Assembly: GCF_000010065.1 (NCBI RefSeq)
Contig: NC_006576.1
Span: forward strand, 1,890,001 to 1,922,000
Length of the DNA: 32,000 nt
Reading direction: 5' to 3'
Source: Synechococcus elongatus PCC 6301
GTDB lineage: Bacteria; Cyanobacteriota; Cyanobacteriia; Synechococcales; Synechococcaceae
Both the position numbers and the translations under genes were made by a program. Shown piece after piece: positions 17,785-28,612 of the stretch; position 1 is the first letter of the stretch, and each line of letters starts with the position of its first letter. The notes under the pieces are model-generated. The model saw only the letters and a list, made by a program, of their open reading frames with translations. It was not told the DNA's origin and searched no databases.

Positions 17785-19146
17785 TTAAACGCGAGTCGCT
17801 CGATTGGCGCCGCGCTCTAGTTCCCGCGATTTTTTGCCCCGCCAGAAGAGGCGAATTGGGGTGCCGCTGAAGCCGAGGCTTTCCCGGAACTGGCGCTCAA
17901 TGTAGCGGCGATAGGATTCGCCAAACAGCTTGGGATCGTTGACAAACAGGGTGAAGCTAGGCGGCTGGGTGGTGACTTGGGTGCCGTAGTAAATTCGACC
18001 CTGACGACCTTGACGTGTGGTAGGTGGTGTTCGCCAAGCGATCGCATCACCCAAGACTTCATTGATTACGGAAGTGCCGACGCGGCGACGGTGCTGCTCC
18101 ACCACGGTGTTGACTTGATCGAGAATCTTCTCAACCCGCTGACCGGTCAGCGCACTGACGAAAATCATTGGGGCCCAGTCGAGGAAGTAGAGGCGATCGC
18201 GCAGTTGCCGTTCCACCTCGTAGATGGTGCTGGAGTCTTTTTCGTGGGCATCCCACTTGTTGACGACGATCACGCAAGCACGGCCATCTTCTTCGATCCG
18301 ACCTGCCAGTTTTTGATCCTGATCGGTGACGCCGTCCAGCACATCGATCACCAGCAGGCAGACATCGGCGCGACGAATCGCTTTAAAGGAGCGGTTGATG
18401 CCAAAGAATTCGGGGCCATAATCGACCCCACGTTTGCGGCGAATCCCTGCCGTGTCAACGAGGCGATAGCGCTGATCATTGCGCTCAATCACCGTGTCGA
18501 TCGCATCGCGAGTGGTGCCCGCGATCGGGCTGACGATCGCCCGCTGTTCGCCCAAAAAGGAGTTGAGCAGACTGGATTTACCGACATTGGGACGACCGAC
18601 GATCGCGACTCCGATTTCGGTTTCGTCCCCAGCTGCTTCATCCGCCGGGGGCAATAGTTCCAAAACGCGATCGAGCAGTTCGCCCGTGCCGCTGCCGTGG
18701 ATGCTGGAAATTGGTAGCGGCTCACCAAAGCCTAAGCTCCAAAATTCCGCCGCTTGGGCCGCGCCTTTATCCGGCGATTCGCATTTGTTCACTGCCACCA
18801 CGATCGGGCGATTTTGATGGCGCAGCCAGTCAGCAATTTCGTTATCCGCCGCTGTTAAACCGGCCTGGCCATCGACGACTAAAACGGCGAGAGCCGCTTC
18901 TGCTAGTGCTAACTCAGCTTGTTCGCGGATCAGGGGCAAAAATTCGGTGTCATCATCAAAGACAAGACCGCCGGTATCAACCACCGTAAAATCGCGATCG
19001 CACCAAAACGCTTCTTGGTATGTGCGATCGCGGGTGACACCAGGTTCATCGTGGACGATCGCTTCGCGGCTGCCGGCCAAACGATTGACTAACGTAGATT
19101 TCCCAACATTCGGTCGGCCAAGAATGGCGACAATCGGCAGCGGCAT
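17785..19146 (-). CDS. der: Ribosome biogenesis GTPase Der (EngA)
   Basis: Two GTPase domains: [14 protein letters not shown]...DTGGL...NKCE and [14 protein letters not shown]...DTAGI...NKWD, plus C-terminal KH-like region. Confidence 0.96.
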
Positions 19147-19179
19147 AACAACTTACTTACATGCAAACCTTCATTCTAG

Positions 19180-20217
19180 TCATCCCACTCCGGGCTCGGT
19201 AAGTTGCAAGAGAGCGGCCTCCATTGCTTCCACAGTGGTCGTTGCAGTGCCAAACACCCGCACCACAAGGCTGGCGGCCAAATTGCCAAGCACTGCTGCC
19301 TCCCAGAAATTCGCACCGGATACCAAAGCCAGCGTTAGGGCAGCAACGACTGTATCGCCCGCGCCAGTCACATCAAACACGTCGGTGCGGTTAAAAGCTG
19401 GAATGTGGTGCTGTTCGCCGTCCGCTTCAAACAAGCTCATGCCCTCTTCGCCGCGGGTGATCAAGACGGCTTTTGCGCCGGTTTTCTGGAGTAGATCTTG
19501 CCCAGCCCGTTGGAGATCCGCCGCATTCGCGATCGCATAACCGACTGCTAACTCTGCTTCCGGCAGGTTGGGCGTAAATAGGGTTGCCCCCCGAAAGCGA
19601 TCGAGATCCACTTGCGCATCAATGACCAGACGTGGAGCTGCTGCGATCGCACGAATCACAGGATCCGAGAGAACGCCATCGCCATAGTCAGAGCCAACGA
19701 CTGCATCGACGCGATCAATTTGCTCAGCAATGTAGTGGGCCAGAGCTTGTTGGTGGTGTTGCGATGGTGGCTCATCCGACTTGCGATCGAGCCGCACAAT
19801 CTGCTGCGTCACGGATTGACGAGCATGGCCTGAAATCCGCGTCTTCGTGACCGTGGGGCGTTCTTCTTCGACCAGAATGCCTTGGGTATTGATCTGGACG
19901 GCCTCAAAAATCGATCGCAGGGCACGACCCTGCTCATCATCTCCGACCAGGCCAACCGCCAGTACTTGAGCGCCGAGGCTGGCACAGTTATAGATTGCGT
20001 TGGCTCCTCCCCCAGGAATGCGCCGCGTTTCCTCATGCCGCAAAATCGCGACGGGTGCTTCGCGCGATAACCGCTCAACCCGACCGGTCAGAAATTCATC
20101 CAGCGTCAGATCGCCGACCACCATCACTTTGGCTTGGCGGAAGCAGTGCAAGAGGCTAATCAAGCGATCGCGCTCCTGCATTAACTGAGACTGAAATGTC
20201 GGGTCCAGACGCATCAC
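19180..20217 (-). CDS. PfkB-family carbohydrate kinase, RfaE/HldE kinase-domain-like (heptose-7-phosphate kinase type)
   Basis: VMVVGDLTLDEFLTGRVERLSREAPVAILRHEETRRIPGGGANAIYNCASLGAQVLAVGLVGDD, DVFDVTGAGDTVVAALTLALVSG. Confidence 0.85.
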   Translation of the reverse strand: MMRLDPTFQSQLMQERDRLISLLHCFRQAKVMVVGDLTLDEFLTGRVERLSREAPVAILRHEETRRIPGGGANAIYNCASLGAQVLAVGLVGDDEQGRALRSIFEAVQINTQGILVEEERPTVTKTRISGHARQSVTQQIVRLDRKSDEPPSQHHQQALAHYIAEQIDRVDAVVGSDYGDGVLSDPVIRAIAAAPRLVIDAQVDLDRFRGATLFTPNLPEAELAVGYAIANAADLQRAGQDLLQKTGAKAVLITRGEEGMSLFEADGEQHHIPAFNRTDVFDVTGAGDTVVAALTLALVSGANFWEAAVLGNLAASLVVRVFGTATTTVEAMEAALLQLTEPGVG

Positions 20218-20260
20218 CGCCTTCCATGCTGGCTACCTATTGTGGCGGAGAACGGTCCCC

Positions 20261-21178
20261 TCAGCCGGCTGCAGGTGGTGGAACGGAACAACTTGAGGAC
20301 TCCGGTGGCACAAATTCAAGGTTGACGAGCTTCAGTTCAGTCCGACCCGTTAGAGGATAGGGCTGCTTTTCAAGGGCAGCGATCGCCTGCTGATTGAGGA
20401 TTGCGTAGCCACTACTGACCAAGGTTTGTGGGGGCTCTAGGGCTTTCCCATTGGCTCCGACTAGGACGGCAAACTGGGCCGGTTTTACTTGCTCAAAGCA
20501 GCGATCGCTCTCAGGCAGCGGCAGCTTAATCGCGATCGCCTGGTTGGGGATCTTGAGATCGGGATAGTTCGTTTGCAGCGCTGCGACAAACTCCCCGAGC
20601 TTGCCAAAACCCAAGCTGGCGTCTGTACCTTCTGGGTTGAAGGCGTAGAGTTTCTCATCAACTGCCGGCGTATCGGCTGGAGCCGACTGGGGCGTCGATT
20701 CCGCTGGTGTTGGAGCAGGGGTATTGCTCACTGGTGGCGCGGGCGGTGGCGTCTCGTCAGCGACGGGCGGGGGCGGCAACTGGGTCGGTGGCTCAGTGGG
20801 GGTTGGTAGGTTGAGTTCTGGGAGAACCAGGGGAGAGGGCGGCGGCGGCAGCACCATCGGCGACATCAGGGCTGACAGATCCGGCAGGCCACTAAAAGGG
20901 GCGACCGGGCGACTGGGGATCGAAGGACTGGCAGCCGCGCCACGCAGCGATTCTGGTAGCCGCGCAAACTCTGCTACTGTCAGAGCGCGAGTTTGTACCG
21001 GCTCGCGCTTGGGCTTCGCAGGAGCAGGGTCAGACAGGTAAGGGAAGAGCGTGAAGAAGACCGCATGGGCGCCCACCGAAAGCAAAATGGCGATCGCAAA
21101 CGGATTGCGCAGCCAGCGCCATCGATCGGGTGCCGGCAGAGGAGCAGCCTCCAAGGAACGAGACGGCGCAGCAGTCAT
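20261..21178 (-). CDS. Pro-rich envelope-spanning protein with TonB-like layout
   Basis: Likely start MTAAPSRSLEAAPLPAPDRW. N-terminal hydrophobic helix AIAILLSVGAHAVFFTLFPYL, ~100-aa Pro-rich linker (MVLPPPPSPLVLPELNLPTPTEPPTQLPPPPVADETPPPAPPV), C-terminal LVSSGYAILNQQAIAALEKQPYPLTGRTELKLVNLEFVPP reminiscent of TonB C-domains. Confidence 0.5.
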   Translation of the reverse strand: MTAAPSRSLEAAPLPAPDRWRWLRNPFAIAILLSVGAHAVFFTLFPYLSDPAPAKPKREPVQTRALTVAEFARLPESLRGAAASPSIPSRPVAPFSGLPDLSALMSPMVLPPPPSPLVLPELNLPTPTEPPTQLPPPPVADETPPPAPPVSNTPAPTPAESTPQSAPADTPAVDEKLYAFNPEGTDASLGFGKLGEFVAALQTNYPDLKIPNQAIAIKLPLPESDRCFEQVKPAQFAVLVGANGKALEPPQTLVSSGYAILNQQAIAALEKQPYPLTGRTELKLVNLEFVPPESSSCSVPPPAAG

Positions 21179-21470
21179 AGGCCAGTAGAGGAAGCGATCG
21201 CAGGGGAGACAGTGGGCCAATCCTATCCCGAGGATGCAGAAGGCTGTCGGTCTGCGAGATCACGATAGGACAGTTCTGGGAGTGGATTGAGCGATCGCTA
21301 AAAGTCTGACGGCGATCGCCAGGTACGGAGGAATGTTGGTCTCAGAACTCGGCAAATCCCAGCAGAACAGCGATAATCAACCCGATCTCGGGTTCTGTTG
21401 CCCGTGCGATCGCTGGGCGTTGGGGCAGAATCCCTAGGCCAGTCACGCTTCTTTTTTAGGATTAGCCGTA

Positions 21471-22430
21471 GTGGTTATGCCGGGTTTGCTCGATCTTCCG
21501 CGACTATTGGCTGAGCGATGGCGAGGGCTTGGGCGGGGCTTGATCGCCTGCTGCCTGCTGTTGGCCTTGTCGGCTTGCTCAGCCATGCCCAGTGCTGATG
21601 CCAGCGAAGCAGAACTAGCGGCCATTTTGGCTCAACTGCCCGATTCATCAGTACCTACGGGACCCAACCCGTTTAAAACCCCGTCGGTGCCCCGTAACAT
21701 CCTGCCGTCCCGTCCTGCCAATGCTGACTCGCTCGGCCCCGTCTGTCAGGCGATGCAACCGGCGATCGGACGCGAGGCTTACAGCATGGCCAATTTCAAG
21801 CCCGATGTACGCTCGGCTTGGGCTCATCCCACCAACTTCGGCGATCGTGCCGCGGTCGATCGCAATGGCCAGCCCGTCGATAACCGGATCAGTTTGATCG
21901 TCTTGCATGAAACCGTGGCTTCCGCTGACTCTGCCATTAACTTCTTCCAGACCCCCCATCCTCGCGATGAGGATCAGGCTAGCTATCATGCGCTGATTCG
22001 CCGCAATGGAACGATTGTTTACACGGTGCCTCCAGAGAAGCGAGCCTTTGGTGCCGGCTCTTCCAGTTTTCGGGGCGAAGCTGTGCGATTTAATCCCAAA
22101 CTGCCGGGCTCGGTCAACAATTTCTCGCTCCATGTCAGCCTTGAATCGCCAGCCGATGGCCGTGATAATCGCCGGCGACACAGTGGTTACACGGCTCGAC
22201 AGTACGACTCGTTGGCCCTGCTTGCCCAGCAGTGGATGACAACTTATACAATCCCCGGCGATCGCATTACCACCCATGCAGCTGTGGATAGAAGTGGGTC
22301 ACGCATGGACCCGCGTAGTTTCCAATGGGCGCGTTTGGCTCAGCGGTTGCAGCTATTAAATGAGGGCACGATTCCAGGCTGTGGGGACTCCGCTGTCAGC
22401 GCCGCTCAATTGCCTGCCAGCCCCAATTGA
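21471..22430 (+). CDS. Lipoprotein N-acetylmuramoyl-L-alanine amidase (Amidase_2/PGRP-like)
   Basis: Lipobox LALSAC. NRISLIVLHETVASADSAINFFQ, SYHALIRRNGTIVYTVPPEKRAFGAG, NNFSLHVSLES, GDRITTHAAVDRSG. Confidence 0.82.
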   Translation: MVMPGLLDLPRLLAERWRGLGRGLIACCLLLALSACSAMPSADASEAELAAILAQLPDSSVPTGPNPFKTPSVPRNILPSRPANADSLGPVCQAMQPAIGREAYSMANFKPDVRSAWAHPTNFGDRAAVDRNGQPVDNRISLIVLHETVASADSAINFFQTPHPRDEDQASYHALIRRNGTIVYTVPPEKRAFGAGSSSFRGEAVRFNPKLPGSVNNFSLHVSLESPADGRDNRRRHSGYTARQYDSLALLAQQWMTTYTIPGDRITTHAAVDRSGSRMDPRSFQWARLAQRLQLLNEGTIPGCGDSAVSAAQLPASPN

Positions 22431-22637
22431 GAGGGGCGATCGCCGAGGGCCAGAGCGTCAACGTCAGCCTGCGAAAAGATTGGCCCAGCCTTTGTTTTGC
22501 TGAATGTTCCCGCCATTCGTTAAATCAGTTGGTGAGATTTGAGATCCCTGACAGAGCGATCGCTAATCTCTGAACTAAATGCTCATGCTTGCTTAGCTTT
22601 CCCCCAAGCCTTCACCTCACTTGTACAGGAGGGGTAT

Positions 22638-22811
22638 ATGACCTCCGTTCGTGTTCGCATTCATCATCAAAAAGGTCAACAGCCAAGCTACCTTGGCCAT
22701 ATTTTTCAAGGCGATCGCCTGCTGGCGGTTGTCAGTGGACGGACTGAATTAGAAACCTCGCGTCAAGCAGAAGTCTGGCTGAACCAGCAGCTCTCCCCAG
22801 CCCTGATGTAG
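22638..22811 (+). CDS. Small conserved-looking protein of unknown function (57 aa)
   Basis: ATG at 22638 preceded by strong SD-like AGGAGGGG (22627-22634). MTSVRVRIHHQKGQQPSYLGHIFQGDRLLAVVSGRTELETSRQAEVWLNQQLSPALM. Confidence 0.6.
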   Translation: MTSVRVRIHHQKGQQPSYLGHIFQGDRLLAVVSGRTELETSRQAEVWLNQQLSPALM

Positions 22812-23071
22812 TCATCCCGATTGGGGCTCTGTGCGATCGCATCCTTTGGCTGTGCCTGCGAGCCGTTTCAAAGCAGTCTGGGCCTGGGGTGCGATCGCAT
22901 TCTGTCGAGCCTAGGACGATCGGATTTCTCTGGCTGAGCTAGTCCTCAAACCCCAAAGCTCCGCAGCATTATCGATCACGGCCCTTGAGTTTATCTGAAG
23001 AAGGCTGTCGATTCTCGGGGATCTTTCTACGCTGAAGGGGAAATTCGCGCAGCCTTCGCGGGGATGTCTTC

Positions 23072-24106
23072 ATGGCTCAATCCACCACTTCCGAGACCCA
23101 CACCAGAGATCTCGATCGGGATTGCACCACCCTGTCGCGCCATGTTCTCGAACAGTTGCAAAGCTTTAGCCCCGAAGCTCAAGACCTTGCGGCGTTGATG
23201 CAGCGCATTGGCCTTGCCGCTAAGCTAATCGCCCGTCGCCTCAGCCACGCGGGGCTGGTGGATGATGCCCTCGGTTTCACGGGGGAAATCAACGTCCAGG
23301 GCGAAGCCGTCAAACGGATGGACGTCTACGCTAACCAAGTTTTCATCTCAGTTTTTCGGCAGAGTGGCTTGGTCTGTCGGCTGGCTTCCGAGGAAATGGA
23401 GAAGCCCTACTACATTCCTGAAAATTGCCCGATCGGTCGCTATACGCTGCTCTACGACCCTTTAGATGGCTCGGCCAACGTCGATGTCGATCTCAACGTC
23501 GGTTCCATTTTTGCGGTGCGGCGTCAAGAGTTCTACGACGAGTCCCATGAAGCCAAGGATCTTCTGCAGCCAGGCGATCGCCAAATTGCTGCGGGCTATG
23601 TCCTCTATGGGGCCAGCACCTTGCTGGTCTACAGCATGGGTCAGGGCGTCCATGTTTTTGTACTGGACCCCAGCTTAGGTGAGTTTGTCCTCGCGCAGTC
23701 CGACATCCAGCTCCCGAACTCGGGTCAGATCTACAGCGTCAATGAAGGGAACTTTTGGCAGTGGCCCGAGGGCTATCGCCAGTACATCCGGGAAATGCAT
23801 CGCCGCGAAGGCTACAGCGGCCGCTATAGCGGAGCGTTGGTAGCTGACTTCCATCGCATTTTGATGCAGGGTGGTGTGTTTCTCTATCCCGAAACCGTCA
23901 AGAATCCCACTGGCAAGCTGCGACTGCTCTACGAAGCAGCACCGATGGCCTTTCTGGCTGAACAAGCAGGCGGCAAGGCCAGTGACGGCCAGAAGCCTAT
24001 CCTCTTGCGCCAACCCCAAGCCCTGCACGAGCGGTGCCCGCTAATTATCGGTAGCGCCGCAGATGTGGACTTTGTCGAAGCCTGCTTGGCTGAGTCGGTG
24101 CCCTAA
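23072..24106 (+). CDS. fbp: Fructose-1,6-bisphosphatase class 1
   Basis: [83 protein letters not shown]. Confidence 0.95.
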   Translation: MAQSTTSETHTRDLDRDCTTLSRHVLEQLQSFSPEAQDLAALMQRIGLAAKLIARRLSHAGLVDDALGFTGEINVQGEAVKRMDVYANQVFISVFRQSGLVCRLASEEMEKPYYIPENCPIGRYTLLYDPLDGSANVDVDLNVGSIFAVRRQEFYDESHEAKDLLQPGDRQIAAGYVLYGASTLLVYSMGQGVHVFVLDPSLGEFVLAQSDIQLPNSGQIYSVNEGNFWQWPEGYRQYIREMHRREGYSGRYSGALVADFHRILMQGGVFLYPETVKNPTGKLRLLYEAAPMAFLAEQAGGKASDGQKPILLRQPQALHERCPLIIGSAADVDFVEACLAESVP

Positions 24107-24152
24107 CCACCGCTGACTTTGCTCTTCTCGTCCTTCCCTCAACTCGATCCTG

Positions 24153-25688
24153 ATGACTCCCAAACTGCTTGAGAACCCGCTTCGCATTGGACTCCGCCAA
24201 GACAAAGTCCCTGAACCGCAAATCCTCGTCATCTTTGGGGCCACCGGCGACTTAACCCAGCGCAAACTGGTGCCTGCCATCTACGAGATGCACCTCGAAC
24301 GGCGTTTGCCGCCAGAACTGACGATCGTGGGGGTGGCTCGGCGCGACTGGAGCGATGACTATTTCCGAGAGCACCTTCGCCAAGGGGTTGAACAGTTTGG
24401 CGGCGGCATTCAAGCAGAGGAAGTTTGGAACACCTTTGCACAAGGCCTCTTCTTTGCGCCGGGCAACATTGATGACCCCCAGTTTTATCAAACCCTTCGC
24501 GATCGCCTTGCGAATCTGGATGAGCTGCGCGGCACGCGGGGCAATCGCACTTTTTACCTCTCGGTCGCACCCCGTTTCTTTGGTGAAGCTGCAAAACAAC
24601 TCGGGGCAGCCGGAATGCTTGCCGATCCAGCTAAAACGCGGCTGGTCGTCGAAAAACCTTTTGGCCGCGATCTCAGCTCCGCTCAGGTGCTGAATGCCAT
24701 CTTGCAGAACGTTTGCCGCGAAAGCCAGATCTATCGGATTGACCATTACCTCGGCAAAGAAACAGTTCAAAACCTCTTAGTTTTCCGGTTTGCCAATGCC
24801 ATTTTTGAGCCGCTCTGGAACCGGCAATACATTGACCATGTCCAAATCACGGTGGCTGAAACTGTGGGGTTGGAAGGGCGAGCTGGCTACTACGAAACTG
24901 CTGGTGCTCTGCGGGATATGGTGCAAAACCACTTGATGCAGCTCTTCAGCCTGACGGCGATGGAGCCGCCAAACTCTCTAGGTGCTGACGGTATCCGTAA
25001 CGAAAAGGTCAAGGTGGTGCAAGCCACACGGCTGGCGGATATCGACGATCTCAGTTTGTCTGCGGTGCGGGGGCAGTACAAAGCGGGCTGGATGAATGGC
25101 CGCTCTGTGCCCGCCTATCGGGATGAGGAGGGAGCGGATCCCCAGTCGTTTACGCCCACCTATGTCGCCATGAAATTGCTGGTCGACAACTGGCGCTGGC
25201 AGGGAGTGCCGTTCTATCTACGGACGGGTAAACGGATGCCCAAAAAGGTGACGGAGATTGCCATTCAGTTCAAAACCGTGCCGCACTTGATGTTCCAGTC
25301 AGCCACCCAAAAAGTGAATAGTCCCAACGTCTTAGTGCTGCGGATTCAGCCCAATGAAGGCGTGTCCTTGCGCTTTGAAGTGAAAACACCGGGTTCCTCG
25401 CAACGGACGCGATCGGTGGATATGGACTTCCGCTACGACACGGCTTTTGGCTCCCCCACCCAAGAGGCCTATAGCCGCCTGCTGGTGGACTGCATGCTCG
25501 GCGATCAGACGCTGTTCACCCGCGCTGATGAGGTTGAAGCGTCTTGGCGGGTTGTGACGCCGTTACTCGAATCTTGGGATGACCCGCGCCAAGCCGCTGG
25601 CATTTCTTTTTACGAAGCTGGCACTTGGGAGCCGGCAGAGGCGGAGCAGTTGATCAACCGTGATGGTCGCCGTTGGCGTCGTCTCTAG
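24153..25688 (+). CDS. zwf: Glucose-6-phosphate 1-dehydrogenase
   Basis: [80 protein letters not shown]-like end. Confidence 0.97.
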
Positions 25689-25724
25689 GATCCCTGCAAC
25701 CCAGCTCAATTCTTCTGGAGATGT

Positions 25725-27065
25725 TTGATGACGACCGCTACTCCCCTCCTTTCGCTCCAAAAACCAACGCCAATCGCGCTGGCTGAAATTGAAGAATCCC
25801 TCAGTCAGCTCTGGGCTAACCAGCAGCACAGCGGAGCGGGTGCCTTGGTCTCGCGGGCGGCCACCTTCAGCATCGTGGTCTATGAACCCGAGGAGTTCCA
25901 ACAGATTCTGGCGGCTCTGGGTCTGTACCATGGGCACCTTGATGGATTGCATGGTCCGATGACTCGCGCCGCGATCGCCCAAGCCCAGACACAATTCGGG
26001 CTCCCCTCGACGGGGCGACCTGACAGCGCCACCTTCAAAGCCCTCCGGCAGGCCTACCAAGCCCTGAAGCACTCGCCAAGCTTGACCAATCAGGATCTGC
26101 GCGGTGCGGTGCTCAGCAATGTGATTGCGACGCAGAACCCCTGTCGGATCGTCAGCCTCTGCCCCACCCTCGAGGGTGATCGCCCAATTAGTGCTGAGGT
26201 TTCGGCCTACTGTCCGATCACTTCAGCCAAGCAGGCTTCACTGATCTGCTGCGAAGCTGTCACCCTGCGGGGCTCGCAGGCAGAGATGGAAGCGATCGGT
26301 ACGTTTGTCAGCGAGCTATTGCTGCCAGGCTTACCCCGATATGTCTGGTGGAAAGCGACACCGAATCCCGAGCAGTTGCTCTTTCAGCAGTTAGCCAATT
26401 CTTGCAACTGCATGATTTTCGACTCGTCCTACTTCAGCGATCCCGAAGCTGAATTTCTCCGCTTCCAAGATCTAATTGACCAAGAAACCTACATCGCCGA
26501 TCTCAACTGGCACCGCCTTGCGGCTTGGCAAGAACTTACTGCTGCGGCCTTTGATCCGCCAGAGCGTCGTGATGGGTTGCTGGAAGTCGATCAACTGGTG
26601 ATCGACTACGAAAAAGGTAATCCCGCCCAAGCCTTGATGTACATGGGTTGGATTGCCAGTCGCTTGGGTTGGCAACCGGTGAGTTACCGCTGTGAAGGCG
26701 GTGAATACGATCTCCGCCAAATTGAGTTCCGGACCGAGGATGATCGCATGGTCAAGGTCGAGTTGGCGGGGATTCCTGTCGGCGATCCGGGTTTAGTCTT
26801 GGGTGATCTGATTGCCCTGCGCCTGACGTCCGAAAATCCTGATGCCGACTGCTGCACGATTCTCTGTTCGGAGACAACGGGTTGTATGCGAATGGAGGCA
26901 GGTGGTGGTGCTCAATCCTGCCGCACGGAGCAGGTCGCTCCACCCTCTAACGAAACTTCAGAATCGCTACTGGCCATGCAGATGCAGCGCTGGGGACGAG
27001 ATGCTCTCTACGAGGAAAGCCTAGCGGTAATTGCGGTAGCACTCCGGCAACGCACCCACGCCTAA
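25725..27065 (+). CDS. opcA: Glucose-6-phosphate dehydrogenase assembly/activator protein OpcA
   Basis: Follows zwf. 446 aa with a PG_binding-like N-terminal segment (LYHGHLDGLHGPMTRAAIAQAQTQFGLPSTGRPD) and OpcA core (CPITSAKQASLICCEAVTLRG, PRYVWWKATPNPEQLLFQQLANSCNCMIFDSSYF, DLNWHRLAAWQELTAAAFDPPERR). Confidence 0.93.
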   Translation: MMTTATPLLSLQKPTPIALAEIEESLSQLWANQQHSGAGALVSRAATFSIVVYEPEEFQQILAALGLYHGHLDGLHGPMTRAAIAQAQTQFGLPSTGRPDSATFKALRQAYQALKHSPSLTNQDLRGAVLSNVIATQNPCRIVSLCPTLEGDRPISAEVSAYCPITSAKQASLICCEAVTLRGSQAEMEAIGTFVSELLLPGLPRYVWWKATPNPEQLLFQQLANSCNCMIFDSSYFSDPEAEFLRFQDLIDQETYIADLNWHRLAAWQELTAAAFDPPERRDGLLEVDQLVIDYEKGNPAQALMYMGWIASRLGWQPVSYRCEGGEYDLRQIEFRTEDDRMVKVELAGIPVGDPGLVLGDLIALRLTSENPDADCCTILCSETTGCMRMEAGGGAQSCRTEQVAPPSNETSESLLAMQMQRWGRDALYEESLAVIAVALRQRTHA

Positions 27066-27112
27066 GTTGCAAGCCGCTTTGCCAGTGTTAACTGCCTGAG
27101 TTGCAGCACCAC

Positions 27113-27143
27113 AAAAAAGGGGTCTGCTTGCAGACCCCCTTTT
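27113..27143. terminator. Bidirectional terminator between opcA (+) and petD (-)
   Basis: AAAAAA-GGGGTCTG (27119-27126)-CTTG-CAGACCCC (27131-27138)-C-TTTT: perfect 8-bp stem with A tract on one side and T tract on the other. Confidence 0.88.
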
Positions 27144-27175
27144 ACTGTCAGTGAATGAGCATTAACTCTCGGTGC

Positions 27176-27658
27176 TTAGAACAAGCCGAGGGTCAGCGAC
27201 TTATCGATCGGTAACGCTGCACCAATTCCGAGGTAGAGGGTAAAGACCGTACCAAACAGGAAGACAGCCGTTGCGATCGGGCGACGGAAAGGATTTTGGA
27301 ACTTGTTGACGCTTTCGATGAACGGAATTGCAATCAAGCCCAAAGGAATCATGGACTGCAGGACGATGCCCAGCAGCTTATTCGGGACGATCCGCAGGAT
27401 CTGGAAGACGGGGTAGAGGTACCACTCCGGCAGAATTTCCAGCGGGGTCGCGAAGGGATCAGCCGGTTCACCCACCAAAGCTGGATCCAGAACTGCCAAG
27501 CCGGTCAGGCAGGCGATCGTTCCCAGAATCACCACTGGGAACATGTAGAGCAAATCGTTGGGCCAAGCGGGCTCGCCATAGTAGTTATGGCCCATACCTT
27601 TGGCCAGCTTTTGGCGCAGAATCGGATCGCTAAGATCCGGCTTCTTCAAGATGGACAT
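27176..27658 (-). CDS. petD: Cytochrome b6-f complex subunit IV
   Basis: Start [46 protein letters not shown]...[22 protein letters not shown]; 160 aa. Confidence 0.97.
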   Translation of the reverse strand: MSILKKPDLSDPILRQKLAKGMGHNYYGEPAWPNDLLYMFPVVILGTIACLTGLAVLDPALVGEPADPFATPLEILPEWYLYPVFQILRIVPNKLLGIVLQSMIPLGLIAIPFIESVNKFQNPFRRPIATAVFLFGTVFTLYLGIGAALPIDKSLTLGLF

Positions 27659-27754
27659 GATGCGTGCTCTCCTTGGGAAGGTCTCGTTCGAGTCAGTAGA
27701 GAGGAGAAAGGCGCTGACCGTTTTAACCAGCGCCAAACCCAAGCTTGTTTGCCC

Positions 27755-28402
27755 TTAGAGGGGACCAGAGATGCCTTGCTTCCGGATCATCAGGAAGTGA
27801 AGCAGCATAAACACTGCAATCAGCCAAGGCAAGACAAAGGTGTGGAGGCTGTAGAAGCGGGTCAGAGTTGCCTGACCGACGCTTTGGCCGCCCCGCAGTA
27901 GTTCAACCATGGCAGACCCAACCACCGGAATCGCTTCGGGAACACCCGAGACAATTTTGACGGCCCAGTAGCCGACTTGGTCCCAAGGCAGCGAGTAGCC
28001 GGTCACCCCGAAGGTCACGGTGATCACTGCCATGACGACGCCAGTGACCCAGGTCAATTCGCGAGGGCGTTTGAAACCACCAGTCAGATAAACACGGAAA
28101 ACGTGCAGAATCATCATCAGCACCATCATGCTGGCAGACCAGCGGTGGATGGAGCGGATCAGCCAACCGAAGTTGACTTGGTTCATGATGAATTGCACGG
28201 AGCTATATGCTTCAGCAACCGTCGGCTTGTAATAAAACGTCATTGCAAAGCCGGTGGCAAACTGAATGAGAAAACAAGTTAACGTAATCCCGCCCAGACA
28301 ATAGAAGATGTTGACGTGGGGAGGAACGTACTTGCTGGAAACGTCTTCAGCGATCGCTTGGATCTCTAGACGCTCCTCGAACCAGTCGTAGACCTTCGAC
28401 AT
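27755..28402 (-). CDS. petB: Cytochrome b6
   Basis: [61 protein letters not shown]...[16 protein letters not shown]; 215 aa. Confidence 0.98.
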   Translation of the reverse strand: MSKVYDWFEERLEIQAIAEDVSSKYVPPHVNIFYCLGGITLTCFLIQFATGFAMTFYYKPTVAEAYSSVQFIMNQVNFGWLIRSIHRWSASMMVLMMILHVFRVYLTGGFKRPRELTWVTGVVMAVITVTFGVTGYSLPWDQVGYWAVKIVSGVPEAIPVVGSAMVELLRGGQSVGQATLTRFYSLHTFVLPWLIAVFMLLHFLMIRKQGISGPL

Positions 28403-28612
28403 GAATCCGCAAGTTCCTAGTGATGCTTACGAAAAAATGTAACACAGTCAGCTGAGCGGATCCGTGGCAAAACAGCGCGGCTCCGGCTAGGTTTGAGCTG
28501 TTGGAACAGCCTGCCAACAGCCGTCTGAACTCGGTTCTGCTAGGGTACGCCCCTCCAGCTCAGCAGAATGCTCTAATGCTTAACATCCTGAAAGGTTTGT
28601 AAATTTCTGTTA

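Noticed and set aside
17977-19540. Long plus-strand ORFs antisense to der and the RfaE-like kinase (17977-18657, 18947-19540)
   Set aside because: Fully overlap strongly supported minus-strand genes and carry no recognisable domain.
27296-27901. 201-aa plus-strand ORF antisense to petD
   Set aside because: Overlaps the highly conserved petD and petB 3' end; polar low-complexity composition with no domain.
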